Source of the DNA: Antedon mediterranea
Lineage: Eukaryota > Animalia > Echinodermata
DNA length: 64,000 nt
NCBI RefSeq assembly: GCF_964355755.1
Contig: NC_092673.1
Coordinates: forward strand, 5,332,001 to 5,396,000
Direction: 5' to 3'
Positions within the stretch are counted from its first letter, which is position 1. Each line of letters starts with the position of its first letter. Below the pieces are notes generated by a model that was not told where the DNA came from, did no database searches, and worked only from the letters and a program-made list of their open reading frames with translations. A program made the position numbers and the translations under genes. Positions 27,036-39,189 of the stretch are shown piece by piece.

Positions 27036-27236
27036 ATTTGTTAAAGAAATCTGCACCTAGTCGCATCGTTATAGTTGCTGCAACGGCCTATCGATTCGGC
27101 GAGGCATCGGAGTTTGAATTTATGTCAGGTTATCCGAATGTTGAAGAATATGGTCCTTTAGGAGCAATGTATTGTCATAGTAAACTTGCCAACGTCATGT
27201 TTTCACTAGAATTAGCGAAGCGACTGGAAGGAACGA
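27036..27236 (+). CDS. RDH-like SDR, exon 4 (active-site YxxxK)
   Basis: DLLKKSAPSRIVIVAATAY...YCHSKLANVMFSLELAKRLEGT; tatag acceptor, GTGGGT donor. Confidence 0.95.
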
Positions 27237-27254
27237 GTGGGTATAATGTAATGT

Positions 27255-27366
27255 GATGTGCCCATATGGACATGATGATGTCATATCACTATCTTGGGCA
27301 CATCAATACCATATTTGGGCACATCACTCTTTTTTATTGTCAAACTATTTGTCTGTAAACAGAGCT
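27255..27366. mobile_element. Family B MITE, partial
   Basis: gatgtgcccatatggacatgatgatgtcatatcac...aacagagct. Confidence 0.65.
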
Positions 27367-28139
27367 TAAGAAGAGATTTGTAACAGCGATATGATGATGG
27401 ATGAAATAATGCAAACAAGAGAAGTTATTACTTTCAACGAAAGGAGGTTGCTGAGAGATGATGAAAGAGGAGGACTGACGTGACGTAGATAGGTAGATAG
27501 AGATATAGAGGATGATAAGTGATGAAGGAGGAGAGTCAGTTTTAATAATTGTCACAAAAACGGCGGATTGGAAAGATAATAATGCGGATAAGAATTAGAT
27601 GACAATTAAAATAAAGATGGAGATGGAAGTTCTGACCTTGATATGATAGTGGTGGTGGTCTTGATGATAGCTACCCCGTGATAGAAGTTGCATTTTCGTT
27701 GGAATGAAATGTGATGAAAGTGGAGGGATACGTAATAATAATATCCTGGATTTATATAGCGCCTAATGTTGTGAAACCTCTGTACATAAACTAATACGAT
27801 AAAAGGGATTCCAACCATGCCAAAAAAAAACAACCCGAAGTAAGGGGATACGCCATCGTCGCTAACCAGGGATCGGTCTATTGAACCCCGGTCAATACCT
27901 GTGTCTCGGGATCCCGGACTCAGGCGCCTCCTCCCTGCTTAAACTAGATATAAAAAAATAAAAAAAATAAAAATTCTACGGACACCATCACAACGACAAT
28001 AGGATGAACAAAAGAGAGAGAGAAGAAGAAGGTGATAAAAAGAGAATGAAAAGAAAGTGACGATATCAGCGAAAGGGATAATGATGTATGACATTAGAAT
28101 TATAACGGGTTTTTTTTTTATAAATATTTTAACTTTCAG

Positions 28140-28246
28140 ATGTGACGGTCAACTGTTTACATCCTGGTATTGTCAACACTGAATTTTACAATAATTCGTC
28201 TAAATACCTTCAAAATTTCGGTTTCTTTTCAAGATTTGTCTTTAAG
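28140..28246 (+). CDS. RDH-like SDR, exon 5
   Basis: NVTVNCLHPGIVNTEF...VFK; tttcag acceptor, GTAAG donor, phase 0. Confidence 0.94.
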
Positions 28247-28311
28247 GTAAGCTATTCTTGAATGAGTAAAAACAGCATAGTACATATTTGATTGTAATTT
28301 AGTACTATTCA

Positions 28312-28535
28312 AGATGTATTGTCCCCCTGAAAAAAATAATTATTAACAAAATTTTGTTGAATATTCCATTTTAATGTAACATAATTTGTATCCACTTTGA
28401 CCAAAAATTGAATCGAAAATAAAAGTATTCACCTGAAAAAATGTAATTTAAAGCAAAAAATAGTCAAATTGCCAATGGATTTTTCGTTGAATTTTTTACG
28501 ATTTATTTTGTCATTTTATAAGTGGAAACCTTATT
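28312..28535. mobile_element. Family C (Kolobok-like) element, truncated
   Basis: Starts agatgtattgtccccctgaaaaa and follows the 45602 copy for about 220 bp. Confidence 0.75.
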
Positions 28536-28745
28536 TCTGACGTCTCTGACTTCCAGCAACATCATAAAAACCCCGTATGTAGTTTGATGCAATGTATTGA
28601 ATATATGTTACATACAACATTTAACTACTACTACGCAGAACACATGACGATTTTGTTACTGCTTTAGCTTTAACACGTTTATAGTTGATGCTACCACTTT
28701 ATGAAAAGTGAAATACAAGATTAAGATTTCTATTTTCTTCCCTAG

Positions 28746-28919
28746 TCACCTACGGAAGGCGCCCAGACAAGTATACACTTAGCGGTATCAGAAGATGTGG
28801 ATGGGGTTACCGGGAGATTCTTCTCTGACTGTCGGGAAGAGAAACTCGAAGAGATTGCTCTTGATAAATATGATGCCAGAGAGTTGTGGCAAAGAAGTGA
28901 ACAACTTACAATGAAATAG
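28746..28919 (+). CDS. RDH-like SDR, exon 6 (terminal)
   Basis: SPTEGAQTSIHLAVSEDVDGVTGRFFSDC...ARELWQRSEQLTMK*; the six exons total 975 nt, giving 324 aa plus stop. Confidence 0.95.
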   Translation, partial: SPTEGAQTSIHLAVSEDVDGVTGRFFSDCREEKLEEIALDKYDARELWQRSEQLTMK

Positions 28920-29191
28920 TAGCATTTAAACCTATTCACGCTGTATCATATCTAGCGACAGTAAACATCGCATCTTCTGACAGAAAACTTCGTCTTATAT
29001 TGGATATATTGTATAGCCTCTTCTGATCTGACCCAGTATATCCTCTGATTGTTAAAACGTGATTTCATTATGAAGAGCACTTACCTTTACCATCTTAATT
29101 CCATGATGGTGATGACAAAGAAAACGATCAGAATTATTTGATATAAATCGAGCGTGCCATACACAGTGCCAATGGGGAATTTTAGCTCTAA

Positions 29192-29346
29192 AGCTCTGTC
29201 AACATTATAAAACTAAGACAAAAACATGTGTCCATATATGGAAATGATGATGGCATATCACTACCATATTTGGGCATATCACTAGTACCATATTTGGGCA
29301 CATCACACCTTTTTTGTCAAACTAGTTTAATAGTGTAGACAGAGCT
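29192..29346. mobile_element. Family B MITE
   Basis: agctctgtcaacattataaaact ... agtttaatagtgtagacagagct. Confidence 0.8.
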
Positions 29347-31139
29347 GTATAGAGCACTCTGGTACACATAAATGAACAATTCCCGGGTTGTCCATTTTAT
29401 TACCTCTTTTATTCATGTTTTAGGCTTTGCTTTATTATAAAAATATTACAAGGAATAAGTCACATTTTTTTACTAGTTCAACTGGTAGAACACTTGCTTC
29501 AGTGAGATGAAAAACGATGCATTCTCTCGAAACATATTGTATCAAAACTTTCAAAATTTATGTAGGTTTTGTTTCCGAAATATATAAAAACAAAAATAAA
29601 CTAATAGCCTTACTTTTTATTTGACATAAACTTTACAATTTGCATGCCTCTTTCTTAAATTCTTCTTAAAACATCACCATTAACATAAAACAATACTTCT
29701 AAACACAAAGGCAAGTTCCTTAGCATTATCTTATTACTTCTATATTATTGTATAAATGAAAAATAAATAAAAAATAAAAAATTACTTCCGACATTTCTAA
29801 ATAATTATTTCTACTGCAAAGAATGCATAATGTATTTGTGTTTCAAAGTCTGGAAAAGAAAACAAAGTGTTGTAAAATTTACAAAAATGCCAATGTTAAT
29901 AAAGATGATATAAACAATTCTATAAATATTATAATACTGAATTTCAAATAGAAGAAAAACAATGTTGATAAATGAATACAAATGAAGAATGATATATAGT
30001 TATGACAACGTCATAAGACAAGGACTACAACATCATTATTATATTAATTATATTCCATACATTGATTAATGTGAATTATATTTGAAATAACGTTCTTACA
30101 ATCCACAATTATAGTTTATATGTAACCGCATTATTTGTAAACAATAGCTTACATAACATGGGCGGAGCATTATATGCATTTTTAGATATACGGTTAGTTC
30201 ATATTTTTGCGTATCAACAATTTTTCAATAGGCCTAAAGTTTAGGATATATTTTGATTAATGAGCAAATAAAAATTGACCTAAATAGAATTATTTAATTT
30301 TTTGAATAACAAAAATGAAAAAAATATAAGCAAAACTTTAATATACTTTCTTAATCTTGTTAACAGCGACAAAGATAAAATTAATAGCTAAATTAAATTA
30401 TTTTTCTTTAAAATCTCAAAAATAAAACATTTGCATTAAAAATTTTCAATGACATTGATTTTTAATGACCAAAAAATTTAATATACAGTACTTTAAATAA
30501 TTGCTTGTACTAATAATTTCTATTTTTAATAATAATAATAAATGTTCAAATATTTAATTAGGACTAATTTTGTGACAAATATTCTTTGTTAACCCAAACA
30601 TATTCCAGCGTAAACACAAATTATTTGTTAATAATGATAATCATCAAATTTTAGACATGAAATTGATACATAAATTGTACAGAAATATACATAAATTTGT
30701 CCATAAATTTGGAATTCTTCTTAAATATAAAAATAAACAATATAAATAAAGAAAATTTCATTGAGTTTAAAAAGGTAGCGTTGTTTGGAACTGTACAATT
30801 TTCACTGCGCAAACCAAAACTTACAGTACCACATATCCAATGAGTTAAAAGGTAAAGCTACTTTTATCATTATGGCAATTAACTTCTCTAAAACTTATAA
30901 ACATTAAACTAATCTATATATATTTTTTTCATATTTTTTACATTAAATTTTCTTTTATAAACATTTTCTTGGTCTTAATATATTTTCATGATACCAATGT
31001 TGCACAAATATAAAAATAGTAAAGAACCTAAAAATGTTGTAACAAACAAGGTAGGTACTGGCACCTTCTGTCAATTACAGGCACAAGGCATCTGCCAATC
31101 AAAGGTTGTCACCTTGGTAACAACATGCTCTGGCCACTC

Positions 31140-31199
31140 CTACCTCTGAGGTGATGACCCTAGAATAAACTCACTGGATTCCTCAGAGTCTGGAGTTTC
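31140..31199 (-). CDS. PAIP2: PAIP2-like, last coding exon
   Basis: Acceptor ttatttcag; ETPDSEESSEFILGSSPQR*; EFILG sits where the PAM2 EFVPG is expected. Confidence 0.65.
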   Translation of the reverse strand, partial: ETPDSEESSEFILGSSPQR

Positions 31200-31686
31200 C
31201 TGAAATAATTATAGAAAAACATAAATGACTTTTGAGGAAAATGAAATATTAATAATTTTTTAGTTTGGAAAAGTATGAAAGAGCCCAGACAATGTGATGC
31301 ATGATGCTGGATGTCGTTTTGAGGGAAAGAGCTTCTCCGAGATTAAGAAATGAAACAGCGAAGGTGGACACCCAATCATAACGGCTGATTGTCCTGTGAC
31401 AAATAATTTCTTCTTGCCAGTTCCCAACTGGACACGCATTTAAGTTCTCAACATTATTTGTATAGTATGGCCGGTAGCATATGTAGGTCTCTTTCAACAT
31501 TGAAAAGGCCTGCTGGCCTGGGGAGGTATGCACTTCATACTAGTTTCCCAGGCACTTTCACTAACATCCTTGTACCAAATTGGTAAAGCTTATCAGACCA
31601 ACAAGGCAATCAAAATAATACATTGCATCATCCATCATTGATTGCCAATTTGCATCTGGTGGGCAAATGTAATTTCCAATGCTTAC

Positions 31687-31866
31687 CTCCATTGTATTAG
31701 ACTCTTGGATGGCCAGTTCCATATTATGGTCATTTGAGTCTTCTTCCTTCTCAGCGTCTGGTAATGGAAGAACATTCGGAGGGTAGAAACAATCTGCCTC
31801 TTCTTCGGCAAGCATCTCCTCAAAACAGATCTCTATAAATTCTTCCTCTTCCAGCTCTGCTAATAC
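31687..31866 (-). CDS. PAIP2: PAIP2-like, middle coding exon (acidic PAM1 region)
   Basis: VLAELEEEEFIEICFEEMLAEEEADCFYPP resembles PAIP2 [25 protein letters not shown]; AG acceptor, GTAAGC donor, 180 bp. Confidence 0.92.
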
Positions 31867-32392
31867 CTATATTAATCAAACGCAAAAGTAAAGTACAGTT
31901 CTCCAAAAAAACTACTCCCATTGCTCTTCACACCGTAAGATAAAGTGACAGTTTACTTTTGCTTGGGATATTTAAGACCTATTGTATAGATAGTCAACTT
32001 ATCTGATGTAATCCACTAAGAAACAATTTTCATAAGCTAATGAATGTAGCAGGTATTTTTCAATTGAAAATGTTACACTCACTCTTGCTTTCAGTTCTAT
32101 TTGACTCAAAACATCTAAGACAACCAGGCCCAACATCTAAATCAATCAGCTCTAATAACAAGATGATTTTGCTTATGGGCATGTTTGTATTTCTTATTGG
32201 CACGATCATCCAGCAACCCTTATCATTTTTGGTTTTTTAATGTAATCATTTTTGTTTTAATTTTATTGCAAAAATTAATCAGAGGAGACTATAAATAAAT
32301 ATTTATTATTATTATGAAATATAATCTTTATGACATATGAAATATTCTCATTGTATTTGAAGAAAAAGTCAATAAGACAAAAATAAAAATAC

Positions 32393-32506
32393 CTTTTTAT
32401 CAAATTCCTCTTCTTGGCCCATCCATTCATATTCAGCAAAAGGATTTGAGCTGCTATTCACCTCATTGTTGACTACTGGGTTTACCAATTTAGTAATTCC
32501 GACCAT
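32393..32506 (-). CDS. PAIP2: PAIP2-like (poly(A)-binding protein-interacting protein 2), first coding exon
   Basis: MVGITK...NPFAEYEWMGQEEEFDKK resembles NPFAEYMWMENEEEF; GT donor at 32392; an acceptor 3 nt before the ATG implies an upstream UTR exon. Confidence 0.92.
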
Positions 32507-33896
32507 TTTCTAAAAAGTTAAACAAGAGCAGAAAATATTGGTTTTTGTTCTGGTGGTGAATAAAATATAATTGTGAGATTATTGGTAGCCTAGGCCTAGT
32601 CTTCATTAAAAAAAGTTATCGATCTGGAAAAAATAAATTGTATTATTTAGGTCAACTTTGGGAAAATCCGAAATTTCTATCCAAATAACAATAATGTCGA
32701 CATGACTATTTTTAGAATACATAGCACAACAATCAAAAATTATAATATAATTTTATAAGGAAATGACATTGGTTGAATAGTTTTCGTATAACTGGCCATG
32801 GCGTTGTATAATATAAAAGTTCATATGCTTATTAGGCCCTAAACACTGTTGATAGTTTGCCTACACAAGTGACGTGACAAGCACTGGTTTTATTATGGGC
32901 TAAAGCTAGGCCTAGCTAGCCTACCAGAGCGAGGCCTGGAGAGAGTGGCGAGTCAGCCATGCATGATAATTGATATGGACTGCTAATGAAAAATGTAGCA
33001 TCATTTAATTAAGAAATAAACACAGTATTAATGCTCAAATTGTTACACATGGCATCATTAAGACATTTATATTTGTTTGTACTCATTATACGTACGCTTT
33101 TCTTCAATTTATCACAAAAAAGACTAATAATTGCAGGCACCTTTCTTTGTTTTGTTGTAGACAAAAAATCAAAGCGACATTTACGAGCGACAGCGACCTG
33201 ACCTTTGAAGGACCCATCCACAACAAATTATTTTAAAAGAAATATATTTTTTTAACTTTATCAATTTGAGTTGCATTTGAATTATTATATTTGATACTTA
33301 TTATTCAAAATGTATATGTACTAAAATAAATAATAGGCTTATAAGAATATCGAAATATCTAGAAAATAAAAAATTGTATGGCGAAGAGCCTGATAGGAAA
33401 GCGCCACCAATGGATCAACTACTTTCAAACTTTTTTAGTTTAGATTAAAAAACAATATAACGTACTTTATAATTGCTTTTTATGTTATTTTTTGAATTAA
33501 ATTTTACAAATAAATGCATCACTTTACAATACTTTGAAATAAATTGGCTGTATGTTTTAATTAATAGATTTTGAGGTCATAATAAATAAAGACCCAGGGC
33601 CATATTACTAAAAAACCAAAGATCTTAGAATTATAGTTTTTATTAAGATCTTGAATAAACGCACCTTAGTTTAGATTGATTCAAAGACCTTTAGTGGTAG
33701 ATCTATTAAATGTATTTGGTTAATTAGGCCAAAAATTAAAGATTTTTGCGGAAAAAGATTAGATAGATAAATTAGATAAATAATCAACAACCGCTGGTGG
33801 CGCTACATAAAAATCTATTTTAATAGATTTTTATTAAAATTAAATTAAAATTTGCATGTAAAATCAAAGATAGTTGGTAAAATGAGGGATTTTCCA

Positions 33897-33955
33897 ATTA
33901 TTTTCAGTTTTTTGGCCGAATTTATATTATTTTCAGTTTTTTGGCCGAATTTATT
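33897..33955. repeat. Tandem duplication, about 29 bp x2
   Basis: attattttcagttttttggccgaattta twice. Confidence 0.85.
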
Positions 33956-34699
33956 ATTCATGCTTTACATTTTATATAAATTTTAATTTCAAACTAATAA
34001 TACTTTCAGCTTTTTAACATTTCAATAACTTTGCTATTATTTGTTTTTACTGTTCACATACCACAGGTGTTGTTGGTGTAGTACTGGTGGTATGTATAAA
34101 TTAATTAATTGTGACGGGATGGCGAGAGAGCCCTCAGCGGCTTTGTAGGTGATATATTTGATTATTATAATACACATAGATATAAAGTTATATGAACTAA
34201 ATCATGAAATACGATGAGGGTAACAATAACATTCTTCATCGCCTCCTTCGTCTTACTTTGTAGGCTTAAACACTGCCATGTGATTTGGTGTGGTAGGCAT
34301 ATCGATGTGGTGTGGTGGTGGTGGGGTACTTAGCTGAATGAATTTGCAGTGGACATTGGCCTTTAGTTCCACATCATGGACCTTAAGTTTTAAAAGCATA
34401 GGAGTTTTTACACCAGGTTCCATACCAAAATGTTGGTACCATAATTCAAAATTATTGGGTCATTTAATCCTTCCTTTTCTTTTTATTTAATAAATATGTT
34501 ATGTTAGTGATCCTCTCTATCCAATTTCTTTTTTTATCTTTTCTTCCCCAATGGAGATTTTGTTCAGTTGGACTCCAAGTAGTCTCCATCTGTTTGTTTT
34601 CCCCTCAGGTCCTCGTAAGTATTATTAATTGTTGTCCCCATTCGTTGATTTTTAGATTTTTGTCCATTTTCTGTTGCTTCAGTAAGAAAGCTGTTATTA

Positions 34700-34860
34700 T
34701 TTATTGTCTCATGTCTATAGACACTACGGTTTTTAATTATTTCATGTCTATAGGCACTTATGATTGTTGATTGTTTTGTGTCTATAGGCACTTACGATTT
34801 TTACTTGTTTTATGTCTATAGGAACTTACGATTGGTAATTGTCTCATGTCTATAGGCATT
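34700..34860. repeat. Degenerate minisatellite, about 35-bp unit x5
   Basis: tgtctatag(g/a)cac recurs at about 34712, 34745, 34779, 34813 and 34847. Confidence 0.8.
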
Positions 34861-37800
34861 TTTTTAATGTGTTTGTGTTTGTCATTTCAGGTTCATAATA
34901 AGGCACTATTGTAATGTCATCTGACACCATAAAAGTTTACTTTGTTCAATTGTTTAGTAATTTATGGCTTTTGTTATATGAGGTGGTGCTTCAGAAGTTG
35001 TCCCATGGCTAGTGGAAGTGATTCAGGACAATACTCGGGTCACTGACCTGAAAGATAATGAAATATTTTATGCCTGTAGCTGCAAAAAATAATATAGTAT
35101 AGAATGGAATTAAAAGGTACTGTGTAAAAATGTTTGTGCCAAAAACTTTATGCTAAGAGTGCGTTATCAAGTTGTTAGTTGTCCATCTTTATTTAGCAGG
35201 ACTTTGGAGGCCGGAGTTGATCCATACTAAAGATGGTAGAATATCCATTTAATATCTATTATGCACTGTTTAATTAAGAAATAATATAGTTCTACCATCT
35301 AAATTGAACTTGAGTGGGTAGAAGCAGAAGATATACTAAAAGCATTTGGTGTGATTTTTTTCGCCCCACTTAAAATTATATATCAACTTCACCATGATTC
35401 ACACATTTATGATTTATACCTCATCACATCATGATAAATCATAAATTCATCCTATTTTGGCTACTCCTTTTATAACAATTCTTGCAAAGATGTTAATATA
35501 ACGATTGTTTTTTTTTAAGTTTTTGAAATTTGTTAGTTTGGTTTGGAATGGTTGTGCAATCTCTTGACCTAAATAGTACTACTAAATATACAGAGAATTA
35601 GGAAGAATAAAAGTAGGTCTAAAAGATCAAGAAGAATAATTGCTAAAATGGACCCAGACTAATAATGCACAGAGAAGAACTAAGAATTACTTTATAAGGT
35701 AAGAGTAGTTAAACTTTATATTGGTTGCAGATTTTGTGGTATTCTTTCTTCAACAACATTAAGGTATATAGCATAGAACTAGGGCAGATTCATAACACTT
35801 TTAATAGTTCATCGTTCCAGTTTTTTAAGGCTGTAAGTAATGGCAAGTTAGGCTCTGCTCATCTACTGCTAATCAAAACCTTGTTTTCTTTAAGAATAAT
35901 ATTGTTCTTGATAATTATCCTATCATGATGAAACAATTACGAATGATTATTCCATTGATACTGACCTGTACTGGCTCTACCCCTTGTTAATTATGGCCTT
36001 GGGCCTACTGTTAGATCTTGTATCTTGATAGGCTTCAAATATTAATGATGACATGATTAAAGACAGGCAATCAGACAATGGTGTTAAGTTCGGCACTTGC
36101 CTTCTATTAATAATTTTAAAGATATTACCTTACCGCCCGTAGAATGTCTGGCATCATTTAACAAAATAATGATGTTAAAATTGGTTATAATAGAATGGAC
36201 TACCAAATCTAGTTTTAAATTGTTGGTTTTAAACTTTATTCAAATATACTAAGTAATAATTTTAGTTCAGTATTTTCAGTTGAACTTAATTAGAAATACC
36301 TAAAATATACATAATAAATATGATAAATTCATAAAATTTAATAATGTTCATAAAAAAATAAATATGAATAAATATATTTAATATATTCATAGAAATATAA
36401 TACAGTAATATTATAATTGAGAAAATAAAGATAGATATTACAAATTATTAATAATTGATATTGTGGCACTGTTGACTGGTGCAACTTTCTTTCAAATGGA
36501 CATTTGTTCAATCTATACATGGGTGCATTTTTTTTGCTTGGTTAACCTGAAATTTCTATCTCTGCTACATTCAGTCAATGCTGCTTGCTTTTCCCCATTA
36601 TCCATTCTTGCACTGTTTTTTCAAGTACTTATTTACATAAAAACACAAGATCCAATTGTTTGTATGGGTAAGTCTGTATCAAGTGGCTATTGGTCGGAGT
36701 TCAATTCCATATAGTTTTTCTTATTCTTTCCTGCCTTGGTTCTCTTCTCAATGAGTTGATTCTTCAAAGACGTATAATGTCCCGGTTATTTGCTTAATTC
36801 AACACCTTAGCGTTCCTAATGACTGCTCAAATATATCCGACTCCGTCAAAGGCACTTACAAGAACACTCACTTTGTTTCTGAATTTACGTAGGTGGCGAT
36901 CATTTGATTATTATTTGTTAGAACAGTGTTTAATAAAGTATTGTGTTGCAATATATATGAAGGATTGTTTGTATAGGTTTGTTCTTCACTTTCTCCAAGT
37001 GTCTACTCGGCAAGGTGGCTTATTCAGGTACCTGGTATACAAGTACCTCATTTTGAATGAGTTTTTAATTGTCATTTACGTTCTTACTGTTACTAACAAT
37101 ACTATTTGTTATAAAGTACCCATCCTCAATACATTCTTCTCCATTAATTAACCGTTTTGCATTGCCTTCTATTTGAACATATTTTAAAAAGTACACATTT
37201 CTATATATTTTTTTAAGGAAATAAGCAACAGTCGTGTAGCCAGGATTTTTATAGGCAGTTGTTTTTTCCACAACAGAGGGAAAAAATTGTCATGAGATAT
37301 TGCTAGTTAGCAGTGGTGTAACCACTATAAGCACTCACTGGCTATAGCCAGTGGCCCTGGATCTTATGAGCAGTGTCCAGAGGTAAAAACAGCCATTAAA
37401 ATATGTCGAAAAGGGCTGAAACCACCCGAGGCCTCCAGCGTTGATTGGCAAGAAACATAAACAATACATATAATCACAATGAATTGAATGAAAAACAATA
37501 GCAATTTTGTTTAAACAAAGTACAGTATATCAACTATATTATCAAATGACTGTAATATAAAACAATATAGATTTTAAATAAAATAATTCCTGTCAATCAA
37601 AGTAATATCATTTGATGCATTCAAAGTAAAAAAACGTTTTGATAAATTAATTGGTATTGAAACTATTAATGGAACATATACAATTACATCAACAGGTTGT
37701 GATTTACTAGTTGAATAAATATTAATTAAGTTGAAACCGGTCCCAGGAAATGGCATCATCATCACACCTGAGTTAGTCTCCTACTTTTTATCAATTGATA

Positions 37801-38729
37801 TTCTAAGTTCTATTTTGTGACCGTACAGCTTGTTGTCCAAAACACGAGCAATCTTCAAGTTGAAAGACAACAAGATGGCATTGGTCGGTCTCATATATAT
37901 AGTGTACTAGTCTGGGCTCCAGACGGAGTTTTTTCTTAATATTAGTAAAAATATAAATATTTTTGCACATATGGCGTTTCATACGTGTATTACTGGAGTT
38001 TCAGACAAAAATCGCGGTCGAAATAAACACAAATAAATTTAAAAAAAAACAATACACACTTGGGGCAAGTCTAATAGTGTATCTGTCCCCAACATGCCCA
38101 CAGTTGGAACCAATTAATTGATGAACTTTACAGCTTTCTCTTTAGGACAAGCAAGATTTTTTTTATTCTCAATTTTCTTCACCATAAAAGGGATTATGAA
38201 AACCCCAGGGACATCACATGTACCAGTTTTCCATTACGTAGACTATCCCATTAAAATAAAGGGTCTGTGTATTGAGTTAGAGGTATTATTATTATTTTAA
38301 ATAACTTTTTAAACAAGTTATTCATACATTCAACTATATGCTATTCCAGTAGAGGAATGATGCATGAAATTAAACATTATATAGCCATAGTTAAACATAT
38401 TGTATTTTTTTCTGTAAAATCTAAATGACCTGTTTAGAAAATGGATTCAACCAATTTGTGAATGAATGTGTACACACAAGTATTACCAATACTGTGTATT
38501 TATTAGTGGTGTTACAGTACACTGAACTAATTGAGGACAGACAGCTCTCACGCTACATGGGATCCATACTGTTGTAACATTTAACAATTATCAACAATTT
38601 CCCAGTGACTTTTGCAAAGTTGAAGATATTGAATTCTTCTTTTGATGCATATTGCTGTTTTTGATTCGTTGAGTTTTTAAACCAGAAATTATGTCATCTA
38701 AGGTTAGTCAAATTGTGTGTTTCTTTAAA

Positions 38730-39174
38730 CGCCGTTGCTAAAGATACGGTACCGTATCCATGCTTTTAAAAACTAAAGATACGGTAATTATAGAGGGCGC
38801 TTCCGTTTGCTAAAAGTACGGTAAAATTGTATTCCTAAAACTCGTACCTAAATATAAAACTCGTTCCTAAATATAAAACTCCTTCCTAAATATTAAACTC
38901 CTTCCTAAATATTAAAAACCTAACCCTCTAAATAATCTCTCTTAAATTAAAAACTAAAAAAATAAAATAAAAAAAAGACGTCAAGAAGAGCATCGAACCC
39001 CCAACCCCTTAAGCCAAAGCCTCATCTCATGCCCACTAGGCTACACAACTAGCTTGCAGAAAACCAATGCAATAACCTATTTGATTAACATCCACATTAC
39101 ATAGCGCCCTCTATAATTACCGTACCTTTAGTTTTAAAAAGTATGGATACGGTACCGTATCTTTAGACATAACG
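38730..39174. mobile_element. MULE/Mutator-like MITE with about 70-bp TIRs and 9-bp TSD
   Basis: ctaaagatacggtaccgtatcc...tatagagggcgct is inverted at both ends; ttctttaaa at 38721-38729 and 39175-39183; internal 19-bp tandem aaactc.ttcctaaatat. Confidence 0.8.
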
Positions 39175-39189
39175 TTCTTTAAACATATG

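Noticed and set aside
25202-28939. Minus-strand ORFs 25202..25486 and 28742..28939
   Set aside because: Antisense shadows of SDR exons 2 and 6.
31249-31686. ORF 31249..31533 and the tail of ORF 31561..31815 as PAIP2 coding sequence
   Set aside because: They lie beyond a strong GTAAGC donor and show no PAIP2 similarity; treated as intron, though intron retention is not excluded.
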